A stretch of 64,000 nucleotides of DNA from Malacoraja senta (GCA_038087875.1 CM075981.1:40238001-40302000); one strand, 5' to 3'. Positions 1-13,429 are shown, numbered from the stretch's first letter. Notes: generated from the sequence alone by a model not told the origin. A program made the numbers and translations.

Positions 1-129
1 TTGGCCTCAGTAATTCTGTGTTGCATCTCTTTTGTTCATTCAAATATATTTTTATTCCTGAGTATTGTTTTGAAAAGCTCTTCTACTGCTGAGAATAAAC
101 CTATAGTTCCAGACATATCTTTTTTTTTT

Positions 130-1930
130 TTAACCATTTTCCAGTCCTTCCCATGGACCTTCTCTCCTGATCCAGAGCCATCTCGAGGCCTTCTCCGCTG
201 CCTCTGTGGTGTTCTTGATGGCCCTTCTCCTTGCCATTCCGGTGATGCCCAGTGCACTCAAGGCTTTGTAGAGCGATTGCCCTGCAAAACCTCTGCAGCC
301 CACTTCGATGGGCATACACCTTGCCTTCCAGCCCTGCTTGCGGCAGTCTATGACCAGCTCTTCATACTTGGCCATCTTCCTCTCGTGGGCCTCCTCCAGA
401 CGGTCCTCCCACAGCACTGTCAGTTCCAACAAGATGATGTTTTTGGTCGCCTATGAGACCAGGAGGATATCTGGCCTCAGGGTGGTCGTGGCAATGTGCT
501 GTGGGAACTTCAGCTGTTTCACCAGGTCTACAGAAAGCTGCCAGTCCTGCGCAGTCGCCAGGATTCCTGACGGATTCCTGGCTGCTGTGGTTCTTGGCAG
601 CTGCTCTCTGGCCTTCACGAAGGTGATCATCTGGGTGGTGGGGCGTGCTCGTCTGCAACTGCTGATTCCCATGCTGATGGCTTCTGCAATGGGTTTAAGA
701 ACCTGGTGGTGATGCCAGGTGTACCGGCCCTGCCCAAGAGCCTTTGGACAGCAGCTCAGGATGTGTTCCGACGTCCCCTTGCCTGAGCATTGCGGGCAAT
801 CTGGAGATTCTGCTTTGCCCCAGATGAAGAGGTTTGATGGGCTGGGCAGGACATCATACACTGCCTGGACCAGGAACTTGATGGGCTGTGGTTCAGCCTG
901 CCAGAGCTCAGTCCATGTGACCTTTCGGCCCATGGCCTCCTCCCACCTTGTCCAGGCCCCCTGCTGCCTCAATCCAACTGCTCTCGTACACCTCGCCTCC
1001 TCCACCACTGCCCTCACTTCCTCCTGGACCAGCCTGCGCCTCTCCTTCCCCTGGCCTTGTCAAACTGGGGAGATGGGAAGATTCCCAGGCCAGCTCTTCC
1101 CCGAGTCACTGCTCCCACCAGGACTCTGTGGCGTATCAGAGACTCCGCTTGCAGTACGGCTTCACCGGCTCTCCACTTCCTCCCAGTTTTCACCTCCACC
1201 CCTGCCTGAGCCACCTTGGGGTCGCTGGAGTCCCTGTACAGCATCACCTCTCTGGCCCGAGTCACCTTAAACTCCTCCACCAGGGACTTCAGGGGCAGCT
1301 GGAGCTTGGTGTTATTTCCGTATAGGGCGATGCTGCTAAGGCTCCTGGGCAGTCCCAGCCACCTCCTGAGGAAGCTGCTGACTTTCCTCTCCAATCTCTC
1401 TACGATGGATATTGGGACTTCGTAGACAAGCAGTGGCCAGAGTATCCTTGGCAGGATACCATGCTGGTAGATCCATGCCTTGAACTTGCCGGGAAGCCCC
1501 GACCGGTCCACTGCTCTCAACCAACTCTCCAGCTCCTGACAGGTTGCCTGGACAGATGCTGTATCCTTCAGGCTGCTGTTAAACACCTTGCCAAGACTCT
1601 TCACTGGCCTTTCGGAGACAGTTGGGATTGGTGTCCCTTCGATGCTGAAGCGGAACCTGTCCATTACTTTGCCCTTCTTCAGCACCAGTCACCTTGATTT
1701 TCCTGGCTTAAACCTCATCCTTGCCCATCCAATCAGTTTCTCCAACCCCTGCAGGATCCACCTGCCTCCTGGCACTGACTCAGTGGCGACAGTCAGGTCG
1801 TCCATGAAGGCTCTGATTGGTGGTTGGCGCACTCCTGACTTGGTCCGAGGGCCCCGGCACTCTGGCTCAGCAGACTTGATGATCATGTTCATCGCCAAGG
1901 CAAAAAGGATCACAGATATGGTACAGCCAT
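130..1930 (-). mobile_element. HERO-like (R2/NeSL group) non-LTR retrotransposon, 5'-truncated and disabled: RT C-terminus, zinc knuckle, restriction-like endonuclease
   Basis: Minus-strand ORFs 1689-1913 (AFMDDLTV RT motif), 1014-1685, 451-1017 (CPQC..EHILSCC knuckle, RPDILLVS) and 130-432 (LELTV.WE...KY) join into one ORF broken by 2 in-frame stops (~1689, ~451) and 1 frameshift (~1045). Confidence 0.88.
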
Positions 1931-2044
1931 CTATAAACTAATCTACATTACACCGGGAAGCACCCATCCACACCAGGCTCCTTTATCAAAGCACAGGCAG
2001 CCTTTCCAATGCTGCACTCATTTTCAATTTCACGTAGTCTATTA

Positions 2045-2500
2045 ACATAGAACATAGAACAGTACAGCACAGTTTGTACCAAACGAGATGCCTAGTTAAA
2101 CTAATCTCATCTGCTAGACATGATCCCTATCCACCTGTTCCCTGCACATCGCTGTGCCTATCTATAAGCCTCTTAAATGCCATTGTTATATCTGCCTCCA
2201 CCACTATCCGTGGGAGTGTGTTTCAGGCCCCTGCCACTCTGAGTGTAGAAAACAAAATTTGCCCAGCAAATCTCCATTAAACTTTACATCTCACACCTTG
2301 TAGCTATGCCCTCTAGTGTTAGACATTTCCACCTGGGAAATGGGTTCTGACTGTCTACCTTATCTATGCCTCATCATTTTATATACTTCTATCAAGTCTC
2401 CCCTCAACCTCTGCCATTCCAGAGAAAACAATCCAAGTATGTCCAACCGCTCCCTGTAGCTGAAACCCGCTAATCCAGGCAACATTTTGCACTCTCTCCA
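2045..2500 (-). mobile_element. CR1 LINE 3' fragment
   Basis: Reverse complement of CR1 ORF2 C-terminus and 3' UTR; (AACATAG)n tail at ~2045. Confidence 0.7.
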
Positions 2501-2509
2501 AAACCAAAG

Positions 2510-2716
2510 AATGTTCATTGTTAGCTGAGAAGAGAATGAACCGTTCTACATTTCTGTATTATCCTCTCCTTTGATCTGTCATTTTCACACCATACCCCTC
2601 CATATCTCTAGACGCCCTCTCCCCCGACTCTCAGTCTGAAGAAGGGTCTTGACCCGAAACATCACCCATTCCTTCACTCCAGAGTGCTGCCTGTCCCGCT
2701 GTGTTACTCCAGCAGT
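2510..2716 (+). mobile_element. Penelope-like pLTR fragment with degenerate hammerhead motif
   Basis: CTGAAGAAGGGTCTTGACCCGAAAC at 2636, followed by the shared PLE terminal sequence. Confidence 0.7.
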
Positions 2717-2899
2717 CCGAATTCCATACTAGTAGACATGTCAACTTTCCCCAAGCTCGAACAACCTGAGGAACTGATGGATCTGTTGCTTAACCCATGA
2801 GCTCTTTAAACATTATTTCACTTATTCTTGTTCTTCCAGGGTATGCTTGAATTTAGTTTGTACAACTCACACTGTGTAAATTGGCATGATCGCCGTCAT

Positions 2900-3275
2900 C
2901 TATAGGTGCAGGAGTGGGCCATTTGGCCCTTCGAGCCTTCACCACTATTCAATATGATCATGGCTAATCATCCTAAACCAGTACCCCGTTCCTGCTTTCT
3001 CCCCATATCCCTTGATTCCGTTAGCCCAAACTCTCTCTTGAGAACATCCAGTGAATTGGCCTCCACTGCCCTCTGTGGCAGAGAATTCCATGAATTCACA
3101 ACTCTTTGGGTGAATTTTTTTTTCCTCATCTCAGTCCATATTCTTAAACTGTGACCCTTGGTTCTGGACTCCTCCAACATGAGGAACATTTATCCTGCAT
3201 CAAGCCTGTCCAATCCCTTAAGAATTTTATATGTTTCTATAAGATGCCCTCTCATCCTTCTAAATTCCAGTGAAT
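2900..3275 (-). mobile_element. CR1 LINE 3' fragment
   Basis: Minus ORF ESRTKGHSLRI...FTQRVVNSWNSLPQRAVEA, the typical CR1 ORF2 C-terminus. Confidence 0.8.
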
Positions 3276-3662
3276 TCCTGAAGTTTATTTCAGTTCACTA
3301 TGTAGCTATATTATGAATAAATGAAGATGATTCACAGTCGCTTGCTATTACCCAGTGGGATGGCAGTCTATTGGAGTATGAAGCGGAAGTCAGCGGATAA
3401 ATCAGCGTGGTCAATGTGGAGCTACGGGTGGGGAATGTTGGACACCCTGCTCATTTCCAGATTTTAATTTTTTTGGTTTTGATTCATCTCAGATGGCTCC
3501 ATGGCTTTCTCCCCGAGTAGTTATGTAGCTGCAATGGAATGAGAGAGTTCAGATAAAATCTGTGAGGGAAGAGTGGGAGCAAGAGAAAGTAGTCTGCAAT
3601 GAAGGGTGTGAGATGTTCTGCTTTCAAAACCCTGCATAAAAGGGAAAGATTATTTGTCCTGA

Positions 3663-3865
3663 TCGAGTGGGGGGATCTTATAGAAACATATAAAAATATA
3701 AAAGGACGGGACAAGCTAGATGCAGGAAAAACATTCCCAATGTTGGGCGAGTCCAGAACCAGGGGCCACAGTCTTAGAATGAAGGGGAGGCCATTTAAGA
3801 CTGAGGTGAGAAAAACTTTTTCACCCAGAGAGTTGTGAATTTGTGTAATTCCCTGCCACAGAGGA
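3663..3865 (+). mobile_element. CR1 LINE fragment
   Basis: GDLIETYK...ESRTRGHSLRMKGRPFKTEVRK. Confidence 0.8.
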
Positions 3866-4499
3866 CCTTCACCGATTTCCTTGCAACCCATTTTCCCTTG
3901 CATGTCGATTCCCTCCCCCTTGATTTTCCTGCCATCCACTTGCAGTAGAGGTACTTCATGGCAGTTTATTAACCACCGACACATTTCTGTGATGAGAAGG
4001 GTAACCAGAGCATTCAAAGGAAACCGGTGATTATTGGGTAAACGTGCAAACTCCACAGGGACAGCACCAGAAAGTCTGAAGAAGGGCCTCGACCCGAGAC
4101 ATCACCTATTCATTTTCTCCAGCGATGCTGCCTGAGTTACTCCAGCTTTTTGTGCCTATCTTCAAGCAAAGAAGCAACAGGTTGCGCCATTGTGTGACTT
4201 TTTCTTCTGTGCTAGCCCATGATACCCAGGTGAAAAGTGATGCGTACACTTCATTTGGATTACCCCCAGAGTTAACTAGCCTGCCAGTGCTCTGTGTTTC
4301 ATTGATACCTGAATGGTTCTTTGGGTCAGCAATCAGAGCCGCATCACCACACCTGGAGTCTGTACCCCATCAATTCCAAACATTCAGTTGCATAGGAAGA
4401 TGAAACGAAGGAAGATTTGTAAATCATAACAGAAGTCCATCTGAAGTTATGAATGATGTACGGCTTTGTGTAGTAATTCCCTATAATACTGCAAGGGCC

Positions 4500-4873
4500 A
4501 GGAAGCGAGCGGGCAAGATCATCTCTGACCCCTCTCACCCTGGCCACAAACTCTTTGAATCACTTCCCTCTGGAAGGTGACTCCGGACTGTCAAAGCTGC
4601 CACAGCCAGACATAAAAACAGTTTTTATCCACGAGTAGTTGCTCTACTCAACAGCTAAAAATCTGTAGCCTCCCTTTGATCTGGTATTTTGTTGGTTCAC
4701 ATGCTTGATCAATGGTGTTTTATCATTAATGTTTTATTATTATTAATGTTTAGTGTTTTCTGAGTCATTCATAACTGTCACTGTATGTCATGTTGTTACT
4801 TGTGGGTGGAGCACCAAGGCAAATACCTTGTATGTGAATACTTGGCCAATAAACTTACTTACTTACTTACTTA
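4500..4873 (+). mobile_element. Rex1/Babar-type LINE 3' end
   Basis: IISDPSHPGHKLFESLPSGR peptide, AATAAA, then (ACTT)n tail at ~4852-4872. Confidence 0.7.
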
Positions 4874-5306
4874 ATATGTGATTCTCGTGTTGAGAGCTTC
4901 CAAAATTATGTCTTTCCAGAGTCCCTTATAGCTGAGCAGGAAGAGATGCCAGCACAAACAGTGATGATCCGCTTGGCATGTGGTCCCCGGACACAATGAA
5001 ATATCCTCTGCTTGTACCACTCACATTTGTTTGTGACTGCTGTTCTTTCCCTTCACTGCCAGCTGTGTCCTTGCTCTTTCCTGTTGCTTTTCTAAAGTTA
5101 TTTTAAACTGCTGTATTGCTCTTAGGTAGAGCTGTTATTGTATGAATAATGCAGGCTGTCATTGGAAGCTCTTTGTATGGGGTTAGAAGTCATGTTCAGC
5201 TAGTCATAGCCAGTATCATTTAACCAGCATTTTATTCCAAAGATTGCTCTCTAGAACGCTGTACTGCAGAATGGTGGAATGCATGCAGGCTGCGCTGACT
5301 TTTTCT

Positions 5307-5660
5307 TTGAAGATAGACACGAAAAGCTGGAGTAACTCAGCGGGACAGACAGCATCTCTGGAGAAAAGGAAAAGATGACGTTTCGGGTCCAGACCCTTCT
5401 TCAGACTGAGAGTCAGGGGGAAGGGAAATGAGAGATGTAGATGGTGATATAGAGAGATATAGAACACATGAATGAATGCAAAACAATAATGATGATAAAG
5501 GAAACAGGCCATTGTTAGCTGTGTCCTGTGTGAGATCGTATTACAGACAATGAGATTCAACAAGACGACTGAACCTAGTGCAACGACTCGGGTGGGGGAG
5601 GGACGGAGAGAGAGGGGAGATGCAAGGGTTAGTTGAAGTTAGAGAAATCAATATTCATAC
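5307..5660 (-). mobile_element. Penelope-like pLTR fragment with hammerhead motif
   Basis: GACGTTTCGGGTCCAGACCCTTCTTCAG at ~5377-5404 is the reverse complement of the motif; homologous to 18367-18640. Confidence 0.75.
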
Positions 5661-6595
5661 TTTCATTGATTCACTGCATGAAGACAATGGGTAGACAGTC
5701 AGATCCTTTTCCCCAGGTTGGAGGTGTCAGACTAGAGGGCATTATCGTGAGGTGAAAGGGGCAAAGTTTAAAGATGTGAGGGTCGCTAAAACAAGGATTT
5801 ACTGTAATTTTATCCAAGGGAGAGCAGCTTTGGAAAGCTCACTGGAGTTAGCTGCTGCCATGGGAGAAATTGAGCATGTTGTCATGATTGCAAATGTATC
5901 AGTAGACCAGGAACAGACGTCAGACTCTGCAAACACTCCACCCACTCTCTTTTCCAAGTGAAAAGCTTTTATTTAGCATGAGATCCTTCGTACATACGAA
6001 CAGAAGTAGTCTATTCTATTTCTTAACTGTTCGTTTGTCCCATGGATTTGCCCTTCTCAATTTTTTTCTTTTTTTTTAATTATCTGCAATTCAGGTTAGA
6101 TTTTACAATAATGCTCCTCCATTGAGGAATTAGGTCTAACAAGCATTGGACAGGATTGGGAGAATGCTGGAAATCTGAAGACTCTTGTGTACTGCCTCAG
6201 TGCATTCCACTATTCTCTTGGACTTAAATATGGTTGTGTCCATGGATATTACGATTTTTACTGAACTGTATACACAAAAATGAATTTCACTGTACCAAGG
6301 TACATGTGACAATGAAGTACCATTGAACTTCCAGTATAGGAGACCGGGGTGGGCAGTCTATACTTGCCGAGAGTGTGGCTTCCTGCTGAGAATGGGGCAG
6401 ACACGGAAACATAACCTTGGTGAATTACCCTGATCCACACGCTCATTGGTTAATGTATACCTGATTTACAAATTGCTATTATCAAGTGGATATACTATAA
6501 TAGAAAGACATGGAAGTGGTAATAAGGAGCTATATAAGTATGTGTCTCTGATTTACCAAAAGGTGTCTTAAGCAACACTGCCTTAAGCAACACTT

Positions 6596-6809
6596 GAAAA
6601 TTGACTTCTCCAATTTCAGGTAGTCCCTGCTTTCTCCTTCTTTCTACTCCCCTTCCCAGCTCTTCCACAGCCCACTGAGTCCGCTTCTTCCTTTCTTCTT
6701 CCCCACCCCCACATCAGTATGAAGAAGGGTCTCGACCCGAAACGTCGCCTATTTCATTCGCACCATAGATGCTGCGTCACCCGCTGAGTTTCTCCAGCAT
6801 TTTTGTCTA
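6596..6809 (+). mobile_element. Penelope-like 3' fragment with 15-bp target duplication
   Basis: IDFSNFR* end of the GIY-YIG ORF, hammerhead-like motif at ~6717; CCTTAAGCAACACTT at 6581-6595 and 6810-6824. Confidence 0.75.
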
Positions 6810-6835
6810 CCTTAAGCAACACTTAACTTGTTCTG

Positions 6836-7753
6836 TGTAGGAAGGAGCTGCAGATGCTGGTTTAGACCGAAGATAGACACAAAATGCAGAAGTAACTCAG
6901 CGGGACAGGCAGCATCTCTGGAGAGAAGGAATGGGTAAATGCCTACTATGTACTGTGTGCTGAAGCAAAGCAAGAATTTCATTGTCCTATCAGGGGCACA
7001 TGACAATAAACTCACTTGACTTGACTTGACTTGGGTGACTTTTCGGGTGGAGACCCATCTTCAGACTGAGAGTCAGGGGAGAGGGAGACTAGAGATATGG
7101 AAGGGCAAGGTGAGGATAAGATCAAAGCAGCCGATACAGTCATAGTCATAGAGTGATACAGTGTGGAAACAGGCCCTTTGGCCGAACTTGTCCACACCAA
7201 CCAACATGACCCAGCTACACTAATCCCAACTGCCCGCGTTTGGTCCATATCCCCCCCCAAACCATGTACCTGTCTAACCATATCCCCCCCAACCATATCA
7301 ATGTATCTGTCTAACAGTTTCCTAATTATTGGGATAGACCCTGCCTCAACTACCTCCTCTGGCAGGTTGTTCCATACACCCACGGTGTGAAAAAGTTACC
7401 TCTCAGATTCCTATTAAATCTTTCCCACCTTCACCATAAATCTATGTCCTCTGATCCTCGATTCATCTGGGCAAGAAACACTTGTGCATCTATCTGATTT
7501 ATTCCCCTTGTGATTTTATACACGATGATCAAGGCAAAGTAGAATGGTTCATCGTTGGCTGAGGGGAAGGTGACAACGAGGCATACAACCAGGAAAATTA
7601 ATCAGGAGGACAGTGAAACTAGGGAGGGGGAGGGACAGAGAGAGAGGGAAAGCAATGTTTACTTGAAGTTAGAGAAATCAATATTCATACAGCTGTATAT
7701 ACTTAACTCAATCATCAACTTAATTAATCAATTAATAATTAAGTTAATCATAA
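6836..7753 (-). mobile_element. Penelope-like pLTR carrying nested LINE 3' ends (6940-7032; CR1 7137-7525)
   Basis: PLE tail and terminal sequence; TTAACTTGTTCTG duplicated at 6823-6835 and 7754-7766. Confidence 0.7.
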
Positions 7754-7924
7754 TTAACTTGTTCTGATGTTCAGCCATCTAGTTTGCTGAAGGAAGGTGG
7801 TAGTTCAGTAATTCCGTCTTCAATTCACTGGAAAAATTGAAGTGTGGAATTAAAGATAAAATGGCAACATAGATACAAAATGAATGTTAGATAGGGCTAA
7901 CATTCAGGCCTATTAGGAATGTTA

Positions 7925-8088
7925 GATAGAGAGCTAGATAGGGCTCTTAAAAATAGTGGAGTCAGGGGATATGGAGAGAAGGCAGGAATGGGGTACTGAT
8001 TGGGGATGATCAGCCATGATCACATTGAATGGCGGTGCTGGCTCGAAGGGCCGAATGGCCTACTCCTGCGTCTATTGTCTATTGTCTA
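7925..8088 (+). mobile_element. CR1 3' end
   Basis: Near-identical to 13740-13883; (CTATTGT)n tail. Confidence 0.75.
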
Positions 8089-8669
8089 TAATGTAAATAC
8101 AAAGAAACAAAGTAAAGTGAATAATTGTATTTCAGATTGGTGAGAAGTATGCAGTTTCTCCCCATGAATTGCTATTGCAATGCATTCTTTTTTATATTTA
8201 AGCTTCACTATGGCATATAAGGCATAACATTAAAATGGAGTATAGGTCCACACATCGGCATGATGATTTGAAAAGACTGTTTTAACAAAAAGCATGCAAC
8301 TTTACATACCAAGACTTGGTACAAAAGTAAGGATGCTATGTTAAATGTTTGTAAATCCCTGGTCACCCCCGACCACTCTCGTATGTTTGGAGCAAGATAT
8401 AAGATCTTATGATAATGCAACAATACACTAGAATTGCACCAGTGGTTCGGGTGAGGGGGTTCAGTTACATGGAAAGACCTTCACTAAATTATCTCAGAAA
8501 GTAGAAGGAGGAGGATATTTGATTGAGATGTTCAAAAAGAAGCTTAGCTAAATAGAATATGGAACAGAACGACACAGGAACTGGCCCTTCGGCCCACAAT
8601 GTCCATGTCGGCCATGATGGCAAATTAAACTAATCCTCTCAGACTGCACATGATTCCATGCATTCATGT

Positions 8670-10730
8670 CGACAATGGCTGACTAGGGATAGTCAGCATG
8701 GTTTTGTACAAGGGAGATAGACACAAGGTGCTGGAGTCACTCAGCGGGACAGGCAGCATCTCTGGAGAAAAGGAATGGGTGATGTTTTGTGTCGAGACTT
8801 TTCTACAGACAGCATCTGCAGTTCCTTCCTACACATTTGTACATGGGAAATCGTGTCGCACGAATCTGAGCTTTTTGAAGATGTGACCAGAGATGAGAGC
8901 AGAGATGTAGACATTGTATATATGGATCTCAGCAAGTCATTTGACACTGTTCTGCATGGTAGGCTGATCTGGAAGATTAGATTGCATGGGATACAAGGAA
9001 AGACTGGATACAAAATTGGCTACATGGAAGAATGCAGAGGGTGATGGTGGAAGGTTGCTTCTCGGACTAGAGGCCTGTGACTAGTGGTGTGCCTCAGGGG
9101 TCGGTGCCGGGCCCGTTACTGTTTGTCATCAACATCAATGATTTGGATGAGAACATGTTCAAGAAGGAACTGCAGATGCTGGAAAATCGAAGGTAGACAA
9201 AAATGCTGGAGAAACTCAGAGGGTGCAGCAGCATCTATGGAGCGAAGGAAATAGGCAACGTTTCGGGCCGAAACCCTTCTTCAGACTGATGCAGGGTGGG
9301 GGGGCGGGGGGCGGGAAGAAGAAATGAAGAGGAGGAGCCGGAGGGAAGAGGGAGAGCTGAGAAGGGGAGGAGACAGCAAGGGTTACCGGAAATTGGAGAA
9401 GTCAATGTTCAGGCCACTGGGGTGCTGACTGCCCAAGCGGAATATGAGGTGCTGCTCCAGTTTCCGGTGGTGCTCACTCTGGCAATGGAGGAGGCCCAGG
9501 ACAGAAAGGTCGGATTCGGAATGGGAGGGGGAGTTGAAGTGCTGAGCCATGTGGACGAGAACATGTCAGGCATGATTCACAAGTTTGCAGATGACACTAA
9601 AGTGGGTGGCATGTGTCATGGTGGCATGGTGAAGATGGTTGTCGAAGATTGCAGCAGGATCTTGATTGGTTGGGCAGGTGGGCTGAGGAATGCTTGATGG
9701 AATCTAATGTAGTGAGGTGTTGTATATTTGGAAGTCTAACAAGGGCAGGACTGAGGCAGTGAATGGCAGGACCTCTGGGGAGTATTGTAGAGCAGAGGGA
9801 TTTAGGAGTGCAGGCACATAGTTCCTTGAAAGTGGCATCACAGGTAGATAGGGTGGTCAAAAAGGCTCTCAGCACATTGGCCTTCTTCAGTCAGAGTATT
9901 GAGTATAGAAGTTGGTATTGGCTATAGACCATGTTGCAGTTGTATGAGATGTTGGTGAGGCCACATTTAGAGTATTGTGTTCAGTTCTGGGCACCATGTT
10001 GTAGCAAAGATGTTGTCTAGCTGGAAAGGATGCAAAGAAGATTTATGAGGATGTTGCCAGGTCTTGAGGGCCTGAGCTATGGGGAGAGATTAAGCAGGCT
10101 AGGACTGTGTTCCTTGGAGCACAGGAGGACGAGGGGTGATCTTATGGAGAGAGATGTACAAGATCATGAGAGGAATAGGTAGGGTAAATGCTCAGTCTTT
10201 TGCCCAGAGTAGGGGAATCGAGAATCAAACGTGGGCAGGCGGCTTTGACTTCCGATTTAGAACTGGCTTATTCATAGAAGGCAGAGGGTTGTGGTAAAAA
10301 GAAGGAAGATATTCTGGCTGGAGGTCTTTGACCAGTGGAGTTCTGCGGGGATCTGTGGTGATATATATAAATGACATGGACATAAATGTAGATGGGTTGG
10401 TGAGTAAGTTTGCTGATGACGCCAAAAATGGAGGAGTTGGGAATGCTGTCCGAAGATCCAGCGAGATTTAGATCAGTTGCAGACATGGGCAGAAGAATGG
10501 CAGGTGGAGTTTAATCTGATCAAGTATGAGGTGTTGGGTGATTGAATGTAAGGGGAGAGTATAGATATGACTGTGGTGTTTAAGAGGCTTTCACATAGGT
10601 ACATGGAAGTGCAGGAATAGAGGATTAAGGATCATGTGCAGGTAGATGGGATCACTTGGGGATAATGCCCAGTGCAAACATTGTGGTTATTGAGAGAGAA
10701 ACACTGTGTTCCTGTGCTGTTCTATGTTGT
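8670..10730 (+). mobile_element. Degenerate CR1 RT fragments (at least two) interrupted by PLE insertions
   Basis: VDIVYMDLSKSFDTVLHGRL, SGVPQGS and KFADDTKVGG motifs. Confidence 0.8.
9159..9551 (-). mobile_element. Penelope-like element (subfamily B): GIY-YIG C-terminus plus pLTR
   Basis: Minus strand reads AQHFNSPSHSESDLSVLGLLHCQSE; hammerhead motif at ~9257-9284; TGGA(T/C)GAGAACATGT duplicated at 9144-9158 and 9552-9566. Confidence 0.8.
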
Positions 10731-10777
10731 ATTTGCCTCCACCACCACCCAAGGCAGCACGATCCACGTACCCATTA

Positions 10778-11082
10778 AGGGCCTGTCCCACTGTACGAGG
10801 TAATTCAAGAGTTCTCCCGAGTTTCCCCCGATTTGAACTCGGAGAATTACGGTAATAGCCATTCGTAGGTACTCGGGGCTCTCGTGGGCATTTTTCACAC
10901 TGCTGAAAAAACTTCACGAGTTACCGCGTTTCCCGAGTACCTGCCGTTAGCGTTACGAGCCGCTAAGAGACGTCCCGAGCTCCGACGTACCCGCTACGTA
11001 CATTCTACGTATTTACCACGAGTTTGATTTTTGTTAAACTCGGGAGAGCTCTTGAATTACCTCGTACAGTGGGACAGGCCCT
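10778..11082. mobile_element. PIF/Harbinger-type MITE
   Basis: TIR AGGGCCTGTCCCACTGTACGAGGTAATTCAAGAG at both ends; flanks TTA/TTG. Confidence 0.85.
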
Positions 11083-12529
11083 TTGCTCTCTCATGTTTTT
11101 TTTAATTTACGCTGCACCCCTTTGACATCTTAGATATTTCCACTCTGGGTTAAAGATTCTGACTGTCTAGCCTATCAATGCCTCTCATACTTCTGGTCTC
11201 CTCTCACCCTCCAGAGAAAACAAAGCAAATTGTCTAACCCCTCCTTATAGCTAATACCCTCGAATCAAGGTATTTGATAAGCCCCCCATGTGGTCTGATC
11301 CAGAAGATTAAGATGCATGAGATTAATAGTGACTTGGTCATATGGATTCAGAACTGGCTAACTGATAGAAAAGCGAGGGTGAGGTGGAAGGACAAGAAAG
11401 GGCAGAGAAATGGCTTCTTGAGGTTCAAGTCCACAGCTCTCTGGCTACATAAAGTGGTGAAGAAGGCATATGGTATCCTTGGTTTAATAGATTGGGGCAT
11501 TGAGTATAAGAATCATGAAATCATGATGCAGTATTATGCACCATGCTGGTTGAAGCAGATAACACTGAAAAGACCTTGGATAAGCGTATGGCTATGCAGG
11601 GATTGGAGGGATATGGCTTATATCCAGGTGGATCAGTGATTATGTGCAGACGTGAAATGCATTGTTTTGCCAAAGTGGTGAGAGCAGATTCATCAATAAT
11701 TTTCTAAAGAAGGTTGAAAAGGTAGAAGTACTAAATACTGAGGCCTTGGGGATGGGCTATAGGGACTCATTTGCTAAGCTCTCTTTAAAATGTAGCCATG
11801 TATGATAGCCAGTTTGACCACTATCTGTGGAGTTTGAATTTTTCACCCAGTATGCAAAATAAGTTTCCAATATCTGCCTGTTGGTTATATGAAACACTTA
11901 TTGTACAGTTTTATCACTTTATTCAATGTTTTGATCAGTGTTTTATTGACACAGTGGAGCCAAACATAGTCAAAGACAAAATGTGTGCATAATGTTTTCT
12001 CTATTAAAGATCAGGTTTGCGCAGAATATACGACACATATTTAGGGCCAGTTACAAAATGTTGTTTTGTCAAAGAGTTGCGTACATGATTGTTCCAGGAG
12101 CTGTATCATTGCCGAAGAAACAAACATCAGATTGACATTTTTTCTCTTTGTTCTTGTTTCGTTACACGGAGTGTTATATATATGCAGACTTGTTGGGTCT
12201 TGTCTCTTCAGGTTATGAGAGATCAAACCATATTTTTATGAAGCCATAGAAATACAAGTTTTGATAAATGCTGAGTTCACATTTTGGTTGGTGTAATCTG
12301 CAGTGGGTTTGGATTTTCTTTGAGGTAGGAAGGAATCTCAGCATTGCTGCCGCCGCCAGCGTTTCATGCTCTTTCGTACTTGATTTTGAAGGATGGTAGT
12401 GAACTGTTGTATTGAACAGCTGGCTGGCAAAGGAGCTAGCTCCAAGGTGTTGTCATTGGTGTTCCAGGATTTACACTCCACAGTGATGAGGGGTGGCAAT
12501 ATTTTCTCCAAGTGGGGTTCATGTATGAT

Positions 12530-12990
12530 TTGGGTGGTGGATGTGTGGAACGAGCTGCCAGAAGAGGTAGTTGAGGCAGGTACTGTTGCAATGTTTAAGC
12601 AGGTACATGAATAGGGCAGGTTTAGAGGGATATATGGGCCAAACACAGGTGGGACTAGTGTAGATGTGACATGTTGGCTGGTCATAGAGTGATACGGTGT
12701 GGAAACAGGCCCTTCGACCCAACTTGCCCACACCAGCCAACATGTCACAGCTACACAAGTCCCACCTGCCAGCATTTGGTCCATATCCCTCCAAACCTGT
12801 CCTATCCATGTACCTAGCTAACTGCATCTTAAACGTTGGGATAGTCCCTGCCTCAACTACCTCCTCTGGCAGCTTGTTCCATACACCCACCACCCTTTGT
12901 CTGAAAAAGTTACCCCTCAGATTCCTATTAAATCTTTTCCCCTTAACTTTAAGCCTACGTCCTCTGGTCCTCGATTCACCTCCTCTGGGC
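12530..12990. mobile_element. Two tail-to-tail CR1 3' fragments (+ 12530-12680, - 12680-12990)
   Basis: WNELPEEVVEAGT on plus; ESRTRGRRLKVKGKRFNRNLRGNFF on minus. Confidence 0.75.
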
Positions 12991-13429
12991 AAGGTGTGGG
13001 CAAGTTGGGCCAAAGGGCCTATTTGCACGATGTAAGACTCTATGTCTATGATTTAGGGGGGCATAAGTAAAATATGATGTTCCCTCTCCCCTTGGTGAGT
13101 ATCTGCAATGTATTTTGAGATCCTGCACGATGTGCACTGCCGCTGAAAGTATTGGAGATTTAGTGTGATGGATGGGTATCAGTTGAATAGATTTCTTGTT
13201 CCTGATGGTGTCCAACCGAAGTGGTCTCACCCAGGAAAGCATTCCGTCAATAGTGTTTTATTGTCATATGTCCCGAAAAAGAACAATGAAATTTTTACTT
13301 GCAGCGGCACAACATACAAAAACATACCATTGCCCCCCAAGTCTGTGGTGTTCGGAGCTTGGTTGGAGGTTATAATGTTTAATAGCCTGATGGTTGTTGG
13401 GAAGAAACTGCTCCTGAACTTGGACATTA

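Noticed and set aside
1-1941. Plus-strand ORFs over the HERO-like element
   Set aside because: Antisense shadows of a GC-rich coding strand.
3484-4056. 190-aa ORF as a host gene
   Set aside because: Made of antisense CR1 plus a SINE remnant.
12212-12325. Exon-like segment bounded by AG and GT
   Set aside because: Stops in all three frames; no evidence for a non-coding exon.
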